From Octopus vulgaris (lineage: Eukaryota), in the NCBI GenBank assembly GCA_951406725.2, contig OX597827.1:31186001-31250000 (forward strand): a stretch of DNA of 64,000 bases, written 5' to 3'. A model generated the notes under the pieces. The model ran no database searches. It saw nothing but the letters and a program-made list of their open reading frames with translations, and was not told where the DNA came from. Position numbers and translations under genes: made by a program. Below, one piece after another: positions 12,928 through 25,078 of the stretch (its first letter is position 1; each line of letters begins with the position of its first letter).

Positions 12928-12931
<4 letters not shown>
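12408..12931. repeat. ~520-bp near-perfect palindrome (inverted Penelope-type pseudo-LTRs)
   Basis: 12426-12660 is the reverse complement of about 12678-12913. Outer atgagtaacaaag/ctttgttactcat also pair. Each arm carries a hammerhead motif. Confidence 0.9.
12820..12901 (+). ncRNA. Minimal hammerhead ribozyme motif (mirror copy on the minus strand at about 12438-12520)
   Basis: cat-CTGATGA-long stem II (tccttt/aaagga)-GAA-ACGGCTGT-A-atg. The two arms give consensus palindrome ACGGCCGT. Confidence 0.7.
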
Positions 12932-13011
<80 letters not shown>

Positions 13012-13873
13012 ATAATAATAATGCATTATTAAGCCTTTATATCTTTGTATGCTATGCATATGTTCTTTTTTTTTCAGTGTATACCATGTATACTTCCTTT
13101 TATTTTGCTTTTTTATCATTTCATTATATGCAAACCCCTATACTTTATGTCTGTCTTTGTATTATCCCCCTCACCCTTTGCCCTTGTGGCAAATAAATGA
13201 AATCATCATCATTATTATTAAAATGTTCTCAAAACAGCCAATTAGCTTCTTACTAGAAGTTGAGTAATGATTGAAAAAAAGTCTTATTAACAATTATGTA
13301 CACCAATATATGAGTGCCAGTTTTGTTCTGACTCATGGATTTTTAGACAGCTACACACACACAAACACACACATAATCAGATCATATACAGATGTGGTCT
13401 ACACATTTATATACATTCACATATATCACCATATACACTGGGACAGAAAAAGAATAGATGAGAGACTCCAACCTGATATCTATATATCTATCATAGTCTG
13501 GAAGAAACATGCTAATGATTATACCTCAAACCAACTGCCGCTTTCATCTGTTAACTATAAATATAAGCTATTTCCACTTCTACAAAATATTGCATTTAGT
13601 TTCTCAGAATATTTATGGTACCTCAGCAGATAGGTATTCTACTATGGTATTCTGCTACCCTCCCCCCAACCACTATTTTGAAGCGTTCCGTAAAGATGGG
13701 GTGCTTTGATGGTTCACCAACTACTTGATGTGTTATTTTAAATTTAAGCCTTTTATTAAGGCAATGTTATATCTTTAAAGCATATTAAGCTTCAAGGTTA
13801 TCAACAAAAGCTAAACACATAATACATCATATTTTATTATACAATATTATACGATATCATATAATATCATATC

Positions 13874-14081
13874 AAGCAGTGAGCTGGCAGAATCATTAGC
13901 ATGCTAGGCAAAAGTCTTAGCGGTATTTCATCTGTCTTTATGTTCTGAGTTCAAATTCCGCCGAGGTCAACTTTTCATCCTTTCGGGTCGATAAATTAAG
14001 TACCAGTTGCATACTGGGGTCCATCTACTTGACTGGACCCGCCCTCAAAATTTCAGGCCTTGTGCCTAGAATAGAAAAGGA
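13874..14081 (+). mobile_element. SINE family B (tRNA head + Nin/Deu-like domain)
   Basis: gagctggcagaatc head, gagttcaaattcc B box, tttcatcctttcgggtcgataaattaagtacc core. A second copy lies at 14350-14565. Confidence 0.8.
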
Positions 14082-14345
14082 TGTGGTCGTTGCCAGTGCC
14101 ATGTAAAAAGGTGGCATGTAAAAAACACCTTTGAGCGTGGTCGTTGCCAGTACTGCCTGACTGGTCCTCGTGCCAGTGGGACATAAAAGCACCCACTACA
14201 CTCTTGGAGTGGTTGGCATCAGGCTGTAGAATCTTTGCCAGATCAGATTGGAGCCTGGTGCATCCTTCTGGCTCGCCAGTCCTCAAACTGCCCGACCCAT
14301 GCCAGCATGGAAAGCGGACGTTAAATGATGATGATGATGATGATT
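14082..14345 (+). mobile_element. RTE 3' UTR fragment with (GAT)n tail
   Basis: Array units plus ccatgccagcatggaaagcggacgttaaatgatgatg. Confidence 0.8.
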
Positions 14346-14598
14346 ATAAGATAGCAAGCTGGCAGAAATGTTAGCACACTGGGCAAAATGCTAAGTGGTA
14401 TTTCGTCAGTCTTAATGTTCTGGGTTCAAATTCTGCCACAGTTGACTTTGCCTGGCATCCTTTCAAGGTTGATGAATTAAGTACCAGTAAAACACGGGGG
14501 TCGATATAATTGACTGGTTCCCTCCCCCAAAATTTCAGGCCTTGTGCCTTCAGTAGAAAGGATTATATCGTATTATATTATATCATCTAAATATTATA

Positions 14599-14770
14599 GG
14601 CACAAGCGTGGCTGTGTGGTAAGAAGCTTGCTCCCCAACCACATGGTTCCGGGTTCAGTCCCACTGTGTGGCACCTTGGGCAAGTGTCTTCTACTATAGC
14701 CTCAGACCAACCAAAGCCTTGTGAGTGGATTTGATAGACAGAAACTGAAAGAAGCCCATAGTATATATAT
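14599..14770 (+). mobile_element. SINE family A, 5' half
   Basis: gtggctgtgtggtaagaagc...ggttcagtcccactg..gcaccttgggcaagtgtcttc. Confidence 0.8.
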
Positions 14771-14782
14771 GTGTATATATAC

Positions 14783-15748
14783 GAGGGGTTTTCTTGCCAG
14801 GTCATCCATGCTGGGAGATTGTCGGAGGAATTCAGGGTCAGCATGGTAGTCAGACAGGGCTGTTTGTTGTCACCACTCCTGTTCCTCATCGTGCTGGACT
14901 GGGTCACCAGGACGGCCTATGCTACCTCTAGGATAGGTATTCAGTGGACACTGATGAACAAGCTGGAGGACTTGGACTAAGCAGATGATCTCACACTCCT
15001 GTCATATCGCCTGCAAGACATGCAGGTAGACCACCTGACAGAAACTTCATGGCAAGTGGGCTTGAGGATCAGGTGGAAAAAACAAAAGTGCTGTGTATCA
15101 ACAACAAGCAGGAAGAGTCAATCACAATCGAGGGGGCACCTGTGGAGGACATTAGTGAGTTTGTCTATCTTGGCAGCAAGATCAGCAAATCAGGTGGATC
15201 AGACGAGGACATCACGGCAAGAAGCAAGAAAGCTTGGCAAGCCTTCACTATTTTTTGGCTGGTATTGAAGTCCACTGCCATCTCAACTCAAACTAAACTC
15301 TGCTTATTTAGTTCAAACGTAAAATCTGTGCTTTTGTATGGCTCTGAAACATGGAGAGCCACCTGCAGCAACTACAAGAAGATTCAACAAATGTTTCCGG
15401 CAGATCCTCCATCTGAAGTGGTTCGACAGAGTGCCAAACACCAACCTCTGGGAAAGGGCCAACCAGGAGCCCATACATGTTCAGATTAGATGAAGGAAAT
15501 GGAGATGGATCGGACACACACTGAGGAAAGAACCCTCAAATGTGACACGACAAGCACTTGACTGGAACCCGCAGGGGAAAAGGAAGTGAGGATGCCCAAA
15601 GCAGACATGGAAGTGGAGAATTTTGGACGAGCTCAGGACTGCCAGCCTGACATGGGAAGCAGCCAAGAAACACACCAATGACCGCAAAAAGTAGAAAACA
15701 ACTGTTGAGGCCCTATGCTCCACAAGGGGCGAAAAAGGATTAAGAAGA
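14783..15748 (+). mobile_element. Second RTE family, 3' RT fragment without PHD finger
   Basis: VRQGCLLSPLLF, GIQWTL..LEDLD*ADDL, KTKV...FVYLGS, VKSVLLYGSETW, (AAG)n tail. Stops and frameshifts. Confidence 0.9.
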
Positions 15749-15861
15749 ATATATATATATATATTAAAATCTTAGGGTAGCAAGAATATTCATTGAAAAA
15801 TTCTAAGTTACCAGTGGTCTAGCGAGAAAGAAAAGATTAGTCAATAGACTATATATTATTC

Positions 15862-16298
15862 AGAGAAGAATACAGTGTACATTCAAACACAAAAGAGATA
15901 CCCGAAGAATAGGATACTTGACTTGCTAGAAAGAGCAGTTAAAACTCCAAGCCACCAATTGTAATTCCGAAAGTGATTGAAAAATAAAAACTTTTACTTT
16001 AATCCTAGACCCTGCAAGGTTTCTGCAGACTTAAATACAGATTGAAATAAGATAATTTCAGTCTATATCTGGTGCTGCATCCTCAGTAGGTTGCCAAGAC
16101 TGAATCCATAGACATGGAGCTATAAGTAATCAGCCACGTGTCTATAGGTTCTAATATTTCGAATTTACTGCGCAGATGAGGAACTCAACCAGCACTAAAT
16201 AAATAAATTGCCGATTTTCTTCCAGAATTAGCCAAAAAACATTTTATCATTAATTAAAATCTTCGGATATCTCTTTTGTGTTTGAATGTACTCTGTAT

Positions 16299-16306
<8 letters not shown>
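15862..16306. repeat. ~46-bp terminal inverted repeats around ~350 bp
   Basis: agagaagaatacagtgtacattcaaacacaaaagagatacccgaag versus cttcggatatctcttttgtgtttgaatgtactctgtattcttctct. Confidence 0.75.
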
Positions 16307-16367
<61 letters not shown>

Positions 16368-16914
16368 TGTGCTGGTGGCACATAAAAAGCACCTACTACA
16401 CCCTTGGAGTGGTTGGCATTAGGAAGGGCATCCAGCTGTAGAAACATTGCCAGATCAAATTGGAGCCTGGTGCAGTTGCTGGCTCTCCAGACCTCAGTCA
16501 AACCGTCCAACCCATGCCAGTATGGAAAACAGACGTTAAACGATGATGATGATGATAATATATATACACACACATGTGCACTCATATATGGTAGACTTCT
16601 AGCAGTTTCTGTATGCCAAATCCATTCACAAGGCTTTTGGATATCTTGGGGCTACAATGGAAGACAGTTGTCCGAGGTTTCACTCAGTGGAACTGAACCT
16701 GAGACCATGTGGTTAGGAAGCAGACTTCTCAATCACACAATCACGCCTACACCAATACAACAATATATTACACAATCAGAAATGTTGGATTTACTAATCA
16801 GTGGATGTGAAAATGAACAATTACGCAAACAATTCATTACTGATCTCATTTATTAATTTGATAAACGAAGTCAATTAAATGAGGGAGGAATCAGTTCGGT
16901 GGAGATTAGTGCTT

Positions 16915-17118
16915 TGTCATTGTTATTGTTGTGGTTGTTGTTATTGCTGTTGTTATTGTTGTTGCTATCGGTGTTGTTATTGCTGTTGTTACTGCTGTTG
17001 TTATTGTTGTGGTTATTGTTGTTGTTGTTGTAGTTATTGGTGTTGTTGTTGTTATTGGCGTCGTTATTGTTGTTATTATTGGTGTTGTTGTTAATGGTGT
17101 TGTTATTGTTGTGGTTGC
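16915..17118. repeat. Degenerate (GTT)n microsatellite
   Basis: Read directly from the sequence. Confidence 0.95.
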
Positions 17119-17680
17119 TTAGCTTCAGACTTATGAAGAAAGGTGTTCCAGCAGTGACCACACTAACTTGTATTCAGACTTAACGTATAAATACAAGCTT
17201 GTTAGCAGTTCAGATATGCTTGAGGCATATTTGACCCCATGAGAAAACCATTCACTGTAATTTGTCATGGAGAAAATTTCTCACTATAGACAAATAGGTG
17301 TAAATACAACAAGGCAGTCCACAGTATCCCCAAAATTAGACTGTTGGATGCATGCATTTCAAAGTGATTATCTCCTCTTCAGCTACAAACACCAGAAAGG
17401 GAAGTGCTGCAAACTGACACGAGAGATAGGTCAATCTCATGATATTCTTACCATTGTTCAATGATTGGTTGTGCTATTCAGTGGCTCACCATAAATAAAA
17501 TACAGGCTGACTAGCAGTGATATGCATAAATGCAATGTTATTACCAGTTCAAATCTGCTCGAGGCATATTTGAATGTGTAAGAAAGCCATTCACTGTATT
17601 TCGTTATGGAGAAAATAGTTTTGGAAATAAGCTGATACATTCTTTATTTCTATTGACTTTTATAAAATTTCTGAATTTAC

Positions 17681-17766
17681 CATTTTAGTTCTGCTTCTTC
17701 TTCCTTTAAATGAACTTTTCCTTCTCTGAGGACAGCTGCTTTTGTCATCTTAATAGGTGTTGGAGT
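17681..17766 (-). CDS. CFAP99: CFAP99-like coding exon (3rd): TPTPIKMTKAAVLREGKVHLKEEEAELK(W)
   Basis: cctgcag acceptor, gtaaat donor, 86 nt, phase 0 to 2. P(I/V)K...AA(I/V)LREG is the recalled CFAP99 motif. Not in the ORF track. Confidence 0.85.
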
Positions 17767-18592
17767 CTGCAGGTAGAAGAATATTATTGCATAGATTAAC
17801 GACATTTTTTAGATAAATGAGAATTAGGTTCACAAAAACTAAATTAAATTAATGGCGGCTGTTAGTGAGACACATCAGAACAGCTTGAGTGTGTGGGTGT
17901 GTGGATAAGAAACTTACTTCTCAAGAATGTGCTTTTGGGTTCAATCTTACTCTATGGCAACTTAGGTAAGTGTCTTCTAATACAGCCCTGTGCCAACTAG
18001 AGCCTTGTGAGTAGATTTGGTAGATGGAAACTGAAAGAAGCCCATCATATATATATATATATATATATAAGTATATAATTATGAAATATAATTAAGGGCT
18101 CTAGAATGCCAGCACCTTTATGCTAAACGTAGATGTCAAATACCTACAATCCACTCTAAATCAGTTCTCTATTTACAACCCTAGGTCGGATGCAAGGTAG
18201 TGGGCAAGAAGATTTACAAAATATGGTCACTTTTTTTATATGCTAGCCACTGATACAATCATTTTAATGATTATATCCTTAATTTATAAGTACATATATA
18301 TATATATATCTTTACACACACTTACATACATATACATATATATATGTATGTATGTATTTATGAGCATGTGTGTCTCCTTGCTCGACACCATATGATAGTT
18401 GCAAATGAGTGTTGCCATCATCCAAGCAGTTGTCATTTCCATGGAAACATGTCCAGTCATGAGGTTAATAATGCCTTACTTGGAAATAGGTGTGAATTAG
18501 TGACAGGAAGGGCATCAGGTTGTGGGGAAATCTGGTTCAGCAAATTCCATACACTCCATGCCAGAATGGAAATGTGGACATTGAAACAATTG

Positions 18593-18623
<31 letters not shown>

Positions 18624-19074
18624 ATACAAATATATGTGTATATATATATATAGGAAGACATGGGATGAAGCACTGAAGGACAACCTCAGGACGCTGAACC
18701 TTTCAGACGAGATGACATAAAACCGAGATACTGGGCACCTTGCTGTATTGAAGAAGACCCATACTCCACAGCAGAAGTGTTAAAGCTGTTTCCCCCCCAC
18801 CACCCTAGTGAATAGGATAGGCCTGCGAGAGTCCTGTGCTGGGGCCACATAAAAAGCACTTGTGCCAGTGCCATGTAAAGGCACTCATGTTGTGCAGTGT
18901 CACATAAACTTTAGGAAGGGCCTCCAGCTGTAGAAACCATGACAAAGACTGGAGCCTGGTACAGTTCCCCAGCTTATCAACTCTGATCAAACTATCCAAC
19001 CCATGCCAGTATGGACAACAGACATTAAATGATTACAATGATGATGATATATATATATATATTCCTTCTTTTCT

Positions 19075-19442
19075 TTTCTTCTTTTACTTGTTTCAGTCAT
19101 TTGACTGGAGCACCACCTTTAGTTGAATCAAATCGACCCCAGGACTTACTCTTTGTAAGCCTAGTACTTATTCTATTGGTCTCTTTTGCCAAACCGCTAA
19201 GTTATGGGGACCTAAACACACAAGCATTGGTTGTCAAACGATGTGGGGGGAGGGAACACAGATACACAACATATACACACACATACATACATATATATAT
19301 ATATACGATGGGCTTCTTTCAGTTTCCGTCTACCAAATCCACTCACAAGGTTTTGGTCAGCCTGAGGCTATAGTAGAAGACACTTGCCCAGAACCATGTG
19401 CTTGGTAAGCAAGCTACTTACCACACAGCCACTCCTGTGCCT
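19075..19442 (-). mobile_element. SINE family A with internal deletion
   Basis: Reverse complement of the 54158 copy. Confidence 0.85.
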
Positions 19443-19447
19443 ATATG

Positions 19448-19486
<39 letters not shown>

Positions 19487-20405
19487 TAGATATATCATTA
19501 AACAAAACATTACTGGTTATCTTGAAATGTTACCAAAGGTTTCATTCTAAGCACTGTCACAAGAGAATATTTAGGACCCCTTCAATATTTTGGCTGGAAG
19601 TGCAGAGCCTCTTTAGCACCAGAAGTACAACATGTGTGAAGAGCCATCAGTATTGTTTGGTTGTTAAATAGCAATACCTGGCACAAAACTACATTCTGAT
19701 CAGTTGTATGCCATAACCAGTAATGTATTGTTTCATTACACACACACACACACACACACATGTATGCATAATCTGTGTGTGTATATGTGTATATATAAAG
19801 CAAGTATTACATCTAGATACGATCATCATATTTTATGTCAATGTTCTATGCTAGCATGGGCTGGATGGGTCAACAGGATCCAATGATTCTAAGGACTGCA
19901 TCATGTTCCACTGTCTGTTTTGACCAGGTTTCTGTGGCTTGAGGCCCTTCATAATGCCTGTCATTCTACAGCAAATACTGAATGTTTTTTATATGGCACC
20001 AGCACTTGTGAAATCATCATGTGGCCCACAAGACCAAGATCCTTTTCGACTCAGTGGAGCTACAGTAGAGAAAGAAAGCTTTATGCTAGGAGATAAGAGG
20101 TTAAGGTATAAAAGAAGAATCAGAACTGAATGGGTTTCTTGCTGTAGAAGAGCTACATGGTTACTCACACTCTTCTGCATCAACCATGTATGATATCCCG
20201 ATGTACCACATGTTAGTACTCTGTATCAATCTTCTATGTGATATATATAGATATACAGTGTACAAGTATTCTGTATCAACCAGCTATGTGATATCTAGAA
20301 GTAACACTTGCTGATATTCAATATTAACCATCTGTATACATGACTTCTCAAAAGAATGCAAGACAAAGTGGATTTTATCACTTTAAGTTAAATAAGTGAA
20401 TGATA

Positions 20406-20856
20406 GGCGCAGGTATGGTCGTATGGGAAGAAGCTTGCTTACCAACCACAAGGTTCTGGGTTCAGCTCTACTGTGTGGCACCTTGGGCAAGTGTCTTCTA
20501 CTATAACCTTGGGCCAACCAAAGCCTTGTGAGCAGATTTGGGAAATAGAAACTGGAAGAAGCCCGTCATATGTGTGTGTGTGTGTGTGTCTGTGTATGTG
20601 TGTGTCTGTGTATGTGTGTGTGTGTATGTGTGTGTGTGTGTGTATGTATACATTTGTGTGTTTGTGACAACCGATGTTGGTGTGTTTATATCCCTGTAAT
20701 CTAGCAGTCTGGCAAATGGGACTGATAGAATAAGTACTAGGCTTACAAAGAATAAATCCTGGGGTCGATTTGTTTGACTAAAATCCCCTTAAAGTGGTGC
20801 TCCAGCATGGCCACAGTCAATTGACTGAAACAAGTAAAAAAAGCATAAAAGAATAA
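20406..20856 (+). mobile_element. SINE family A, full length with internal (TG)n
   Basis: Collinear with the 54158 and 57694 copies. Confidence 0.85.
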
Positions 20857-21691
20857 ACAGATCTTTTGTCAGTTCTATGGCATCTGGCCATCTTGCACTG
20901 TGTCCTTCACAGAAGCAGTGATACTGCCAAGCAAACTGAAGGGGTTTGCTGGAAACCGTTTCTGGAAGGAAACATTAACATCATAAATTATATCTATGTG
21001 ATATGTAGCTGTGATACTTGCTGATATTCTGTATCACCCATTTATGTGATATCTTGATGTGTTATTGGTTAGTTTCATGTCCCGTCCATCATCTCAACTA
21101 ACAATGATAAACAAGCCAAAACATGGACTTCAGAGTATACAGTAGATACAGATGTGACATCCTAGAACAAGCAGTGCACCAAGAAATACATAGGTGCATG
21201 AGGTAGACCATAGATGTAGCAGCAAAGTTGCAGGTGCATAAAGAAGGTTACAGATGCACCACACATGATACAGGTATGCCAGAAATGCTGTAGGTGTAAA
21301 AAAAAATCCTAGAACAGGCAGTGCAATATGAATGCCATAGAAGTACAAGTAAGACTACAGATACAGTTCTATATTTAACAGATGAAGAATTATGTACATT
21401 ATTTACATTTGACGGATATTTGTCCTCATCTTGTTTGTTGTTAACACCTTTCGGCTGATATGCCTTCCAGCCTTCTTCAGGTGTCTTGGGGAAATATCGA
21501 ACCTGGGTTTTCATTCCTAAGGTATTTTTTCGATGTTATTATTATTATTGTTCAGGTCACTGCTTGGAATCGAACTCGGAATCTTGGGGTTAGTAGCCTG
21601 CGCTCTTAACCACGGGCATATGGCGTAGTGGCTAAAAGCGCAGGCTACTAACTCCAAGATTCTAAGTTTGATTCCAAGCAGTGACCTGAAC

Positions 21692-21724
<33 letters not shown>

Positions 21725-21725
<1 letters not shown>

Positions 21726-22279
21726 GCCCTGATGCAGTACCAGGCAGTGGCTCTCATGGCTTCTGATCTTAACTGATTGGAAGTGTTATCATGTACATTG
21801 TTTTGTCTTGGTATAAAAGATGGGCTACAGCAAATATTCTGCTCAATACCACAGATTTGCTTGTCAGTTGTTTGACCTTAACCAGTTGAGCATGTCCCTT
21901 AGTGGCTGACGATATGTGCATCTCTGATCATGAGCAGAAGTAGTGGGGGAGCATCATAGCCATGTGTTGAGAGGGATTCTTTGGGGTTTGAATAATTCAC
22001 CTCTGGAAACATGGGTGGTTCTTTCAACATCCTTAAGCAACCCTTATTCAGGGACCGTTTGAGTTGGATGGGCTACTCAACCTGAAGAAAATTCTAACTG
22101 GGCCCCACCTGCAAGGTCATGTGCTGTTTATCTTGATATGAGATCACCATGTCGCGCACATATGGTTGTGATACATGTGCCTGGTGTACCTTTATCAGAC
22201 GGGTAGTCATGATGGGTATATTGGGCTTCGTATATTTTACCCCAGTGTCACTTTGATGGCATGAACTGCTCTCTCACTC
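21725..22279. mobile_element. 555-bp non-coding element inserted in (AAT)n, copy 1
   Basis: Near-identical to 22349-22903 with the same ends; both are bounded by (AAT)n. Confidence 0.8.
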
Positions 22280-22314
<35 letters not shown>

Positions 22315-22348
22315 TAATAATAATAATGATAATAATATTAATAATAAA

Positions 22349-22903
22349 TGCCCTGATGCAGTACCAGGCAGTGGCTCTCATGGCTTCTGATCTTAACTGA
22401 TTGGAAGTGTTATCATGTACATTGTTTTGTCTTGGTATAAAAGATGGGCTACAGCAAATATTCTGCTCAATACCACAGATTTGCTTGTCAGTTGTTTGAC
22501 CTTAACCAGTTGAGCATGTCCCTTAGTGGCTGACGATATGTGCATCTCTGATCATGAGCAGAAGTAGTGGGGGAGCATCATAGCCATGTGTTGAGAGGGA
22601 TTCTTTGGGGTTTGAATAATTCACCTCTGGAAACATGGGTGGTTCTTTCAACATCCTTAAACAACCCTTATTCAGGGACCTTTTGAGCGGGATGGGCTAC
22701 TCAACCTGAAGAAAATTCTAACTGGGCCCCACCTGCAAGGTCATGTGCTGTTTATCTTGATATGAGATCACCATGTCGCGCACATATGGTTGTGATGCAT
22801 GTGCCTGGTGTACCTTTATCAGACGGGTAGTCATGATGGGTATATTGGGCTTCGTATATTTTACCCCAGTGTCACTTTGATGGCATGCACTGCTCTCTCA
22901 CTC
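22349..22903. mobile_element. 555-bp non-coding element inserted in (AAT)n, copy 2
   Basis: Direct repeat of 21725-22279 with few substitutions. Confidence 0.8.
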
Positions 22904-23559
22904 ATTAATAATAATAATAATAATAACATCTAAAAATACCTTAGGAATGATAACCCAGGTTCAAAATTTCCCCAAGACACCTGATGAAGGCTGGAGGGTA
23001 TATCAGCCAAAATGTTGTACAAACAAGATGAGGACAAATATCCATCAGATGTAAATAATGTAAGACTACAGATGTAGCAGCAAAACCACAAGAGCACCAG
23101 GAAGGCTACAGGTGCACCAGAAAGGTTGTAGGTGTACAAAGCTATAGATGCACAGACAAGGCCATAGATGCAACATCAAAAGCTACAGAAGATCTAACAA
23201 AACACTAGATGCACCAATAGAACAACAGAGTCATTGGCAAGGTCACAGACATGATGGCTAAAACAGTGTAAGGAACAAAAGACCAAAAGATATCATTATA
23301 TTTTGATACAGACACCATTCACCAAGAGCTTCTCACCACACACACATGTATATGTGCAACAAGCATACACATACACAACTGTGTCATAGATTATAGATAA
23401 GGTGAGTAAACCAGATAGCTTTTAATAAACTGATCTTAATTATAAGAGAAAAAAATAATGAACTAATCCTATAGATATTTCAAATTCTAATTGATTAAAG
23501 AATTTTTGTCTAACAAGACCAAGTCTGTATTCTGTCCAAAGAATTTTCTCTAACAATTA

Positions 23560-24130
23560 CTGCCATCAGAAATGCTGTGGCCACCACCAACACCAAGCAC
23601 ATCAACACCACCAGCGCCACTAACACCGCCATCATAAATACCTCCACAACGACAACACCCAAGTACTGTCACCACCACCATCACCACTACTGCTACCACC
23701 ACCCTCACCGTGGACAACCTCACCACGACCACCACTATAACAATGACAACAATGAAGATGACCATAACAACAAACACCCCTCTCCATGATGACTCCCCCT
23801 CCATCACCCACCTTTCCACCACTGCTGTCACTGCTGCTGCTGCTACTACTACTACTACTACTACTATTGCTACTGCCCACTAGCAGCAGACCATCACCAC
23901 CAGCACCATCACTGCAAACACAACCATGACCACCACCTCCACATTCTCCCATTGTCACCACTACCATAGCTACAATGACCACCACTGGCCAGCCACCCCA
24001 CCCTCACCACCATATACCTATAAAACACCAAAACTACCAATTTGTCAACCTGCTCTCCTGCTCTTCCTCCTTCTCCTGCTCTTCCTCCTTCTCCCTCTTC
24101 TTCTTCTTTTTCTTCTTCCCCTACTTTAAT
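23560..24130. repeat. Degenerate ACC/ACT/CTC trinucleotide low-complexity tract
   Basis: Read directly; the ORFs here are poly-T/H/V/S artefacts. Confidence 0.85.
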
Positions 24131-25046
24131 GACCCACACTAATGACACAACGAGACACTTAACGTAGGTTAATGAAAATATCTGATTATTCTGTCTCTCT
24201 ATTATGGATTTATTGCAATTAAATGGTGCAAAAATGAGTTAACGGGGAATTAATTGCTAAGGTGGGTGGGGTGAGGTGGAAGGAGATACATGAAACTGCC
24301 GAAGGAAACTATGAGGGTGATGATAATGATGATGATGATAGTGTGTGTTTGTGTATATCTGTGTGCATGTGTGTGTGTATGAGAGAGAGAAAAAGAGAGA
24401 AAGAGAGAGAGAGAGAAAGAAAGAATCACTGAGAGGGGATTTTTTTTTTATATACCTGGGCCTATTCCCCATTTTGTTTCAGGAGGGGTAACCACAACAA
24501 GACACACACCAGACATTCCATTCATTTCCCAGCTCAAAGAGGCAAGCCCCATTCTATGCTCAGGTCAAGGCATAGAGCACAACCCCCAATATCAGCAGCA
24601 GGGCCCGACACCATATGCTGGTTTACTTCTGCCACATCATGCTGGTTTTGTACCCCTTTGTCCTGGGTATGACTATAAACTACATCCAGTAGTGGGACCC
24701 TGGGGCCCTGGGGCCCTGGTTTCAGGGTTTGAAGAGTGTGGAGCCACCTCTTACCCACTATTATTCCCAGGTCTACTCTATGGGTTCACTAGCTAACCCT
24801 ACTGTGACTGAGTGGTGGTAGTGGTGGGGATTGGTAGAAAGCAGCCACTGTATTCCCTGCGGGGTGTAAGAGGCAACTAAAAGAGGTGGGAGAGTGAAGG
24901 GAATGGGAATCTACTCCCCCTAGTAATTTCATATTCCTAAAAAGACAAGAGAGGGGATACCTAAGAAAAACGATCAAGAGTAAAGAAGTCCACGTCAATG
25001 TGAATGAGAGATACAGATACATAAATACATGATGATGATGATGATG

Positions 25047-25078
<32 letters not shown>

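Larger units (their letters stand above)
21363..23059. mobile_element. Inverted dimer of a tRNA-headed hammerhead element, interrupted by two 555-bp insertions
   Basis: Left arm 21363-21613 is the reverse complement of right arm 21628-21720 plus 22905-23059. tRNA-like head at 21614-21686; hammerheads at 21443-21485 (-) and 22976-23020 (+). Flanked by gtaagactacagat at 21349-21362 and 23060-23073. Confidence 0.8.

Noticed and set aside
21614-21686. tRNA gene with an ACT anticodon
   Set aside because: Acceptor and anticodon stems pair poorly and it is always fused to a repeat body; treated as a SINE-like head.
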